Below, in pieces: positions 37,239 to 44,604 of a DNA stretch of 54,169 nucleotides. The stretch is taken from positions 1,117,376-1,171,544 of the forward strand of contig LR994470.1 of NCBI GenBank assembly GCA_905186145.1. Reading direction: 5' to 3'. Each line of letters starts with the position of its first letter. The stretch's first letter is position 1. Source of the DNA: an uncultured Succinivibrio sp. (GTDB lineage: Bacteria; Pseudomonadota; Gammaproteobacteria; Enterobacterales; Succinivibrionaceae). Below the pieces are notes generated by a model, which was given only the letters and a program-made list of their open reading frames with translations, ran no database searches and had not been told where the DNA came from. The position numbers and the translations under genes were made by a program.

Positions 37239-39215
37239 ATGTCAGAACAAAAAAGATCTTGGCGCTTTTACGCACTTATTGCAGTAACCATCGCCTTCTT
37301 TGGCTTTCAGATGTATTTAGCACTTGTAAAGCAACTAACACCTATGCTGCAAAGTCCTTTGCACCTTGTATTGGCATTAGCTGTAATATTCTTAGTCTAT
37401 CCTACAGATCGTAAATATCGTGATAATCTCAAGCGCAAAACTGAATTAAACGGCACATCTTTAACTGACGATCTTTTAAATAAATTTAAATGGACCCGTT
37501 TTTTTGACATTTTTTCTTTTGCCGGAATTGCATTGCTTTTCTACTACTGCATCACAGAGTATGAAAGATTGGCAAATTTTACCCCATTTATTGATGAAGT
37601 ATTTCCTTTAGATATAACAGTAATGATTGTTACTATTGTTCTCTTACTTGAAGCTGTAAGAAGAACTTTAGGAAATATTCTTTACTTCTTTATCATTGCA
37701 TTCATTGTATTTGCATGGATTTCTCCTTGGTTGCCAGGAATTTTCTTCACAAAAGGCCTACCTTTTAATGAAATGCTTGACCAATTTACTATTGGTATGA
37801 CCATGGCAGAGCAAGGTGTATTTGGAACTCCTTTATATACTTCAGCCTCTGCTCTTTTCTACTTCATTGTTTTTGGCGTTTTCTTTTCCGAATGCGGTGG
37901 AGGACAACTCCTCATTGACATTGGTATGAAATTTTCAAATAAGTCATCAGGAGGACCTGCTAAAGCTGCCGTTATCTCATCCGGTCTTATGGGCATGGTT
38001 TCAGGCTCTGCCGTAGCTAACGTTTCTACAACCGGAGTTATGACAATTCCAATGATGAAAAAAATTGGTTATCTACCTCAAGAAGCAGGCGCAATTGAAG
38101 CTGTAGCTTCTACTGGTGGACAAATCATGCCTCCTATTATGGGTGTAGGAGCTTTCATCATGGCAGAAATGCTTGGTATACCTTATTTCGATGTTGCTGC
38201 AGCAGCATTACTTCCTGCTTGTGCTTTCTACTTTGGCGTATTCGTTTTAGTTTCTTGTTTAGCCCGCAAGCGTGCTGCCAGATCTAATACTGGAGAAGAC
38301 GTTAAAATTGAAGTAAAACAACCTATATTACCTAGACTTTATCTATTATTACCAGTAATTCTTTTGGTAACTTGGATCATTAGTGGATCTTCATTAATGC
38401 GTTCAGGAATGGTTGGTATTTTTGCCATATTATTATTAAATATTGTCAGCTACTTTGTTGGCAAAAAACAAAACTTTGTAAATATCAAAAGATTAGGAGA
38501 TTGTTGCGTTAGAGGCGTAAAACAAGCTGCTTCTATTGCTATTCCTACTGCAGCTTGCGGTATTATCATCAATGTTGTAACAGGACAAACTTCTTTAGCA
38601 ACAAATCTGTCAGGTTTAATTGGGTCTCTTGGTGTAGACTACCTTTTTGTTGCATTATTAATTGCTATGATTGGTTGTATGGTATTAGGTATGGCCTTAC
38701 CAACTGTAGCAGCTTACTTAGTTGGAGTAATATTATTCGTTCCTGTTATTAGAAGCTTAGGAGTTGATGCTCTTTGTGCCAATATGTTTGTATTTTACTA
38801 TGGCATTATGGCTCAAATTACCCCTCCTGTTTGTGTCGCATCCTATACTGCAGCTGGTATTGCAGGAGCTGATGCAATGAAAACCGGCATCAACGGCATG
38901 TTATTTGCATTAGTTGGATTTATGGTACCTTTCGTATTCATTTACAATCCAGCAATATTACTTGAAGGATCAATAATCGAGATTGTTTTAGGCGGCATCC
39001 AATTGATGATCGGCACTTATTTCTTGGCTATTACTGTATCTGGTTTCTGGAAAACACATATACCTGTTTGGCAAAGACTCATTACATTTGGTGTAAGTAT
39101 TGGCTTCATTATTCCAGAAGCAACATCATCAATTATCGCTCTGATTGTAGGCTTTGGAGTATTGTCATTAAACTTCATAGCATTTAAAAAGTTGCCATCA
39201 AAAGTAGGTGTGTAG
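37239..39215 (+). CDS. TRAP transporter 4TM/12TM fused permease (TAXI-associated)
   Basis: GGPAKAAVISSGLMGMVSGSAVAN, ASTGGQIMPP, GMALPT and ITPPV motifs. Confidence 0.92.
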   Translation: MSEQKRSWRFYALIAVTIAFFGFQMYLALVKQLTPMLQSPLHLVLALAVIFLVYPTDRKYRDNLKRKTELNGTSLTDDLLNKFKWTRFFDIFSFAGIALLFYYCITEYERLANFTPFIDEVFPLDITVMIVTIVLLLEAVRRTLGNILYFFIIAFIVFAWISPWLPGIFFTKGLPFNEMLDQFTIGMTMAEQGVFGTPLYTSASALFYFIVFGVFFSECGGGQLLIDIGMKFSNKSSGGPAKAAVISSGLMGMVSGSAVANVSTTGVMTIPMMKKIGYLPQEAGAIEAVASTGGQIMPPIMGVGAFIMAEMLGIPYFDVAAAALLPACAFYFGVFVLVSCLARKRAARSNTGEDVKIEVKQPILPRLYLLLPVILLVTWIISGSSLMRSGMVGIFAILLLNIVSYFVGKKQNFVNIKRLGDCCVRGVKQAASIAIPTAACGIIINVVTGQTSLATNLSGLIGSLGVDYLFVALLIAMIGCMVLGMALPTVAAYLVGVILFVPVIRSLGVDALCANMFVFYYGIMAQITPPVCVASYTAAGIAGADAMKTGINGMLFALVGFMVPFVFIYNPAILLEGSIIEIVLGGIQLMIGTYFLAITVSGFWKTHIPVWQRLITFGVSIGFIIPEATSSIIALIVGFGVLSLNFIAFKKLPSKVGV

Positions 39216-39216
39216 C

Positions 39217-39660
39217 ATGATTATTGATAAATTAAACAATATCTTATTCTATAAAAGCCTGCTTCCTAATATAGAAAATGGCTTAGAAAAACTCAAAATA
39301 ATTAACTTGGATTCTGTAGGTAAATATGAATTTGATGGAGGTTTTTTAATAATCCAAGAAGGTAATACAAAACCACTTACAGAAGGAACATACGAAGCTC
39401 ATAAAAAATTTATAGACATTCAAATTATGTTAGATGGTAGTGAAGAATTAGCTTGGGACGATCTACAAGATCTTATCGAGTGCATTCCTTATAACGAAGA
39501 AAAAGACGCTACTAGATATAAAGGAAAGCTAGAACATACTATAAAAATTACAAAAGGAATGTTTTACATAGCTTTTCCTCATGATGGACACAAGCCTGTT
39601 TCTCATCAAGAAACTCAGCAGCATTTCAAAAAAATTATTATGAAATTACCTGTAGCCTAA
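39217..39660 (+). CDS. YhcH/YjgK/YiaL (DUF386) family protein
   Basis: EAHKKFIDIQ and FPHDGHKP motifs. Start set at ATG 39217 (AGGTG SD). Confidence 0.9.
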   Translation: MIIDKLNNILFYKSLLPNIENGLEKLKIINLDSVGKYEFDGGFLIIQEGNTKPLTEGTYEAHKKFIDIQIMLDGSEELAWDDLQDLIECIPYNEEKDATRYKGKLEHTIKITKGMFYIAFPHDGHKPVSHQETQQHFKKIIMKLPVA

Positions 39661-39685
39661 GTTCAAACAAATTATGGAGAACAAA

Positions 39686-40846
39686 ATGGAATTACCACAC
39701 TTACAGAGCTTATCGACAGATGGTAAACTTTATATAAACGATGATATGTGCACTATTGAGGCTATGATTCCTCCAGGAAACTACAAATCAGCACACGCTC
39801 CTGCACTTTTAGAAATGCCTTCAGGAGATATTCTTTGTGCTTGGTTTGCAGGATCATTTGAGGGAAGTGCTGATGTAAGTATTGTGTGTGCCCGTTTAAA
39901 AAAAGATACCACCTCTTGGGAAGCTCCTGTAAAAGTATCCGTTGATCCTCACAGATCTGAACAAAATCCTTCTCTGTTTTTAGGACCTGATGGTTTGATT
40001 TGGGCTATGTATACAGCACAATTAGATAGAGTTCCTGGAAAAGATAATATGCAATTCACTTCCCAAGTAAGGCTACAAAAATCATCTGATGGTGGCCAAA
40101 GTTGGAGCGAATTTGAAACAATATTCCCTAAAGAGGGAACTTTCTGTCGCCAGCCAATTCAAGTATTAAAAAATGGTCGTTTTATATTTGGAAACTGGCT
40201 TTGCACTGATTCCCAAAATGGATTAGAAGGGGATCCTTCTGTATTCAAAATCTCTGATGATCAAGGAAAGACTTGGCGTGAAGTTGAAATGCCTGAAAGT
40301 TCAGGTGTTGTACACCCAAATGTTGTTGAACTTGAAGAAAATCATTTAATTGCTTTTATGCGTAGCCGAGCTGCAGACTTTATTTATAAGTCAGAAAGTT
40401 TTGATAATGGAGATCATTGGTCAATACCTGAACCAACTGTTTTACCAAATAACAACTCTAGTATAAGTGCATTAAAGTTAAAATCAGGCAGAATTGCTAT
40501 AGCTTACAATCCTACTCATGCACCTAATGCGCAAAAAGGAAATGTAGCCTGGCCGGGATTGCGATGCCCTGTTGCAGTTGCTTTATCAGAAGATGGTGGT
40601 AATACTTTCCCTATGATTCGTTTAATGGAGCGCGGAGAAGGTTTCTGCGGCAAAGAAAATACAACAAATAACAAACAATACGAATACCCATATCTCATGC
40701 AAAGCAAAGATGGTCGTTTACATTTAGCTTTTGCTTATAAAAACCGCATTGGCATAAAGTATATGAGCTTTACAGAAGAAGATATAACAGGAATAAAACG
40801 TGAAACTGTTGGCTTATATAACCCAACAGCAGCTCAAAGTCGTTAA
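39686..40846 (+). CDS. BNR/Asp-box beta-propeller, sialidase-like fold, cytoplasmic, non-canonical active site
   Basis: Four Asp boxes (SSDGGQSW, SDDQGKTW, SFDNGDHW, SEDGGNTF) and YEYP. No signal peptide, no RIP motif. Start set at ATG 39686 (GGAG SD). Confidence 0.85.
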   Translation: MELPHLQSLSTDGKLYINDDMCTIEAMIPPGNYKSAHAPALLEMPSGDILCAWFAGSFEGSADVSIVCARLKKDTTSWEAPVKVSVDPHRSEQNPSLFLGPDGLIWAMYTAQLDRVPGKDNMQFTSQVRLQKSSDGGQSWSEFETIFPKEGTFCRQPIQVLKNGRFIFGNWLCTDSQNGLEGDPSVFKISDDQGKTWREVEMPESSGVVHPNVVELEENHLIAFMRSRAADFIYKSESFDNGDHWSIPEPTVLPNNNSSISALKLKSGRIAIAYNPTHAPNAQKGNVAWPGLRCPVAVALSEDGGNTFPMIRLMERGEGFCGKENTTNNKQYEYPYLMQSKDGRLHLAFAYKNRIGIKYMSFTEEDITGIKRETVGLYNPTAAQSR

Positions 40847-40861
40847 CAATTTGTTATACAT

Positions 40862-40883
40862 AAGGGCAAGCTTAAAGCTTGCC
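40862..40883. repeat. Right copy of the 22-bp direct repeat; also a bidirectional terminator (BNR / ydfG-like)
   Basis: AAGGGCAAGCTTAAAGCTTGCC, identical to 30109-30130, followed by T8. Confidence 0.9.
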
Positions 40884-40909
40884 TTTTTTTTACCTTATAA
40901 AATATAAGA

Positions 40910-41686
40910 TTATTTTTTCTCTAGATCTAAATTACGAGTAACGCTCAGACCACCAAAGGTTTGGCACACAGGCATCATCTCCATAGTATTAATGTTTAAA
41001 TGAGCTGGGGTGTTAAGTAACCACAGCACTGTATTGGCAATATCCTCAGGTAAGATTGATTCTGTTTTGTCGTAAATTGATAAAACTTTTTCCTTATCAT
41101 TATTTAAACGTACATAAGAGAACTCAGTATCTTGGCAAAGTCCTGGTTTTATAACAGTTACCTTTACAGCACTACCTGCAGTATCACATCTTAAATTGCG
41201 GCTAAATTGCTCCACAAAAGCTTTGGTTGCGCCATAGACATTGCCACCTGAATAAGGCCAATTACCGGCAGTTGAGCCTAAGTTAATAATATAACCACAA
41301 TTGCGCTTTATCATATTTGGCAAAATAGCATTAGTCATAGCTAAAAGACCTGTAATATTAGTCTCAACCATAGTCTTCCAATTTGCCATAGAGCAGTTTT
41401 GAGCCCTATCAACCCCCAATGCAAGACCTGCATTATTAACTAATACATCAATAGTCTTAAATTCTTCAGGAAGAGAGTCTAAAAGAGCTGGAATTTTTTC
41501 AACATCACGCACATCCAAAGCTAAAGGATAAATTTTTCCTGGAAATGCGTTTGCCAAAGATTGCAGTTTCTCTAAACGTCGTGCAAGAGCCACGACTTTA
41601 AAACCATTTGTAGCTAAAGTTTCGCAAATAGCTTTACCAAAACCTGCAGAAGCTCCGGTTACTAAAACTGTTTTGTAATTTGACAT
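40910..41686 (-). CDS. ydfG: YdfG-like NADP-dependent 3-hydroxy acid dehydrogenase (SDR)
   Basis: TGASAGFG, NNAGLALG, GGNVYGATK, PEDIA and PAHLNIN motifs. Confidence 0.82.
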   Translation of the reverse strand: MSNYKTVLVTGASAGFGKAICETLATNGFKVVALARRLEKLQSLANAFPGKIYPLALDVRDVEKIPALLDSLPEEFKTIDVLVNNAGLALGVDRAQNCSMANWKTMVETNITGLLAMTNAILPNMIKRNCGYIINLGSTAGNWPYSGGNVYGATKAFVEQFSRNLRCDTAGSAVKVTVIKPGLCQDTEFSYVRLNNDKEKVLSIYDKTESILPEDIANTVLWLLNTPAHLNINTMEMMPVCQTFGGLSVTRNLDLEKK

Positions 41687-41974
41687 ATAAAAGCTCTCTT
41701 AAGTTAAGTTGATTAAAGATGATTTTAATATTCAAAATATAAAAATTTATAAAACATATTTTTAAAGTATAACTAAAAAAATATATTTTATAAAAAATAT
41801 ATTTTTCAAATAGTTACATTTTAAATTAAATATTTAGTTTTAAAATTTACATAAATAAACAAATATTTTGTTAAGTAGGGTTAATTTTATCTTTATTATA
41901 TTTTTTATCTTGTGAAATAACCTTGCTATTTTGAGTACAATATAACTATCCTAAACTAAAATGTAAGTATCATT

Positions 41975-43852
41975 ATGGATCAATCTTTACTTCCGAATAT
42001 TTACGATTTTATATCGCACACTTATCCTTTCTCCCAACTTGACACTCTTGCCAAAGACGCCGTAGCTACCGCCGTAAAAATTTCCTACCACAGCCCAGAT
42101 GACGTGCTTGATAATGAACAATTAACCGGTGCTGGCCTTTACATGGTGCGTGTTGGTGCTGCAGAGGAAATAAATAAATCAGATAACTCCCTGCGCGCTC
42201 GTTTAGGCGTAGGTGATAGCTTTGGTTATTCCCAAATCAATAAACAAGGCGAAAGTGATTACAAAATCACTTTCCTTGAGAATACCCTTTTATATTTCAT
42301 CAGCAAGCAAATGTTGCAGTTTTTGATTAACAAAAACAAAACTGTTGGTGAATATTTCAACTCCAAAGAATGGGTTAGACTTTCATCTACTCATAAAAAT
42401 AATGAAGAGAGTAATACTATTCCTTCATTTACAGAAAGAACTGTATCGTCTGTATGCTCAACTGATGTGGTAATCATCAATGAAGAGACCACTATTCAAA
42501 ATACAGCCTTGCAAATCTCGCAAATGCATACTGACGTAGCATTAATTAGCAACGATAACAGCACCTTACAAGGTATTGTTACTAAAAGTGATATTACCGC
42601 AAGAGCCGTTGCTACAGGACTTGATATTAAACGCCCGATTCGGGACATTATGTCACGTACAGTTTTAACTGTAGATGGTAAACGCCCAATCTATGATGCT
42701 CTTGAGCTTATGGTTATGCACAACATTAAGTGCTTACCTGTATTAGATGGCAATAAGATCATAGGTACCGTTACTACCCGTCAGCTTTTAACTCACAGCC
42801 AGTTACAAGCTGTTTATTTAAATAAAGATATTCAAAACGCTCCAGATCTTGAAAAACTTATAAAAATCTCAAAACACAAAAAAGAGGTGTTTGAGACTTT
42901 AGTTGAAACTGGTGTTGAGCCACGCATTGTACAAAAGGTAATGTCACACTTTTGTGATCTCTACTGCCAGAGGATTTTACAGTTAGCTGAGGAAAATTTT
43001 GGTAAAGCTCCTTGCGCTTATGCCTTTGCCGCAGCAGGCTCTTTAGCTCGTAATGAGGTTCAGTTCTTATCTGATCAAGATAACTGCATTATCACCGAGC
43101 GCGATCTTACAGAAACAGAACGCAAGTACTTTGCTGATTTAAGCGATTTTGTTTGCAAGAGTTTAGATAAATGTGGCTATCCTTTATGCGATGGTCATTT
43201 CATGGCTTGCAATCCAAAGTGGTGCCAGGGATATAGTACTTGGACTCATTATTATGACTCTTGGATATCAAATACCAATGAAGATGCTATCTTAAATAGC
43301 TCTGTATTCTTAGATATGCGTTGTCTTTATGGAGATGAATTCTTAGTTACTAAATTAAGACAGCATTTAATAAAAGCTGTAGCTTCAAATAGTCGCTTCT
43401 TAGCTACTTTAATGAAGATTTCAGCTAATGTAACCCCTCCTATTGGCACCTTTAGACAATTTGTGCTTACCAAAGATGGTAAGAACAATCCAAGTCTTAA
43501 TATTAAAAAACAAGCAATTAATCTTATTGTAGAGATTGCTCGTTTATATGGTTTGTCTGCAGGTACTTTAAAGTGTGATACTTACTTACGCCTTGAAGAT
43601 GCGGTTAAACATGATTTAATTAAAGAAGATGAGTTCCGTGAACTTTATGAAGCTTATACCTTCTTAAATAAAGTTCGTTTTAAACATCAATTACAATCTT
43701 TAAAATCAGGCTCTCCAATGTCAAATCATTTAGAGCCTTCTGTATTAAGTCAGTTTGAACGCAACCACTTACGCGATGCTTTCCGTATTATTGCAAGACA
43801 TCAACAAGCAGCTTTATTTAGATTTACAGGCGGTATAGGAATTTTAGGTTAA
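41975..43852 (+). CDS. cNMP-binding/CBS-pair/DUF294 putative nucleotidyltransferase (GlnD/GlnE-like NTase fold)
   Basis: N-terminal cNMP-like domain, two CBS repeats (GIVTKSDI, GTVTTRQL), GSLAR.E...SDQDN NTase motif, LDMRCLYGD and DUF294_C helical domain. Confidence 0.88.
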   Translation: MDQSLLPNIYDFISHTYPFSQLDTLAKDAVATAVKISYHSPDDVLDNEQLTGAGLYMVRVGAAEEINKSDNSLRARLGVGDSFGYSQINKQGESDYKITFLENTLLYFISKQMLQFLINKNKTVGEYFNSKEWVRLSSTHKNNEESNTIPSFTERTVSSVCSTDVVIINEETTIQNTALQISQMHTDVALISNDNSTLQGIVTKSDITARAVATGLDIKRPIRDIMSRTVLTVDGKRPIYDALELMVMHNIKCLPVLDGNKIIGTVTTRQLLTHSQLQAVYLNKDIQNAPDLEKLIKISKHKKEVFETLVETGVEPRIVQKVMSHFCDLYCQRILQLAEENFGKAPCAYAFAAAGSLARNEVQFLSDQDNCIITERDLTETERKYFADLSDFVCKSLDKCGYPLCDGHFMACNPKWCQGYSTWTHYYDSWISNTNEDAILNSSVFLDMRCLYGDEFLVTKLRQHLIKAVASNSRFLATLMKISANVTPPIGTFRQFVLTKDGKNNPSLNIKKQAINLIVEIARLYGLSAGTLKCDTYLRLEDAVKHDLIKEDEFRELYEAYTFLNKVRFKHQLQSLKSGSPMSNHLEPSVLSQFERNHLRDAFRIIARHQQAALFRFTGGIGILG

Positions 43853-44559
43853 TGAGTATTTTCGACAATCCCCTTGTCAAACTGCAAAAACAGTGTAAAA
43901 AAGCAGCACAAGATGAAAATCTTAGTAAAGAGCTTAGATCTTTTTATGAAAGAGAAATGCCTAAGCCTGATGCTTTAATCAAAGATCTAAAACTTACGTC
44001 TATTGATTTTGAGACCACCGGTCTCAACTTTCAGGAGGACGTAGTTTTATCTATGGGAGGCATTAGCTTAGATAGCGGTAGAATCGACTTTTCAACATCT
44101 TTTCACAAGATCTTAAGTGTCGATCCTAAAAAGATTAAGTCAAATGCTGCTGTTATAAATCAAATTACTCCTGAACAATTAATTGATGGTGCAACCCCTC
44201 ATAAAGCTTTTATGGAACTTATGGATAAGCTCTCAGGAGGATTGGTTTTAACTCATTGCAAGGTGATTGAAAGTACTTTTTTAAGAAATGCCTTAAAAAT
44301 ACCCGATAAATATCCTTTGCCGATGGTGTTTTTAGATACTATGGCAATTGAGAAATATTTGCTCTCTCACAGAGGCTCATATAAACCTGATGATGTGCGC
44401 TTAAATAAAATTCGTGAACGTCGAGGTCTTCCTGCCTATGAAGCGCATAATGCCTTAGCTGACAGTTTAGCTACAGCCGAAGTTTTTTTAGCGCAATTAC
44501 ACGATATTTTTGGCAAAAATCCACATATTCTCAAAAAAGTTTATAAACTCTGTTGCTAA
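43852..44559 (+). CDS. DEDDh 3'-5' exonuclease (DnaQ-like), translationally coupled to the NTase
   Basis: IDFETTG, HCKVIE and AHNALAD motifs; TAATG stop/start overlap at 43850-43854. Confidence 0.9.
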   Translation: MSIFDNPLVKLQKQCKKAAQDENLSKELRSFYEREMPKPDALIKDLKLTSIDFETTGLNFQEDVVLSMGGISLDSGRIDFSTSFHKILSVDPKKIKSNAAVINQITPEQLIDGATPHKAFMELMDKLSGGLVLTHCKVIESTFLRNALKIPDKYPLPMVFLDTMAIEKYLLSHRGSYKPDDVRLNKIRERRGLPAYEAHNALADSLATAEVFLAQLHDIFGKNPHILKKVYKLCC

Positions 44560-44564
44560 GACAA

Positions 44565-44592
44565 AAAAAATGCTCCTTTAAAGGAGCATTTT
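44565..44592. terminator. Bidirectional terminator between the exonuclease and the autotransporter
   Basis: Perfect palindrome AAAAAATGCTCCTTTAAAGGAGCATTTTTT core. Confidence 0.85.
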
Positions 44593-44604
44593 TTGTATTA
44601 GAGT

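Larger units (their letters stand above)
30109..40883. mobile_element. Putative horizontally acquired sugar-acid catabolic island (no integrase)
   Basis: Exact 22-bp direct repeats at both ends. Visibly more AT-rich, with GGA/CCA/AAA codon preference unlike fab/rne. Removing it leaves rne and the ydfG-like gene convergent on one terminator. Confidence 0.6.
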
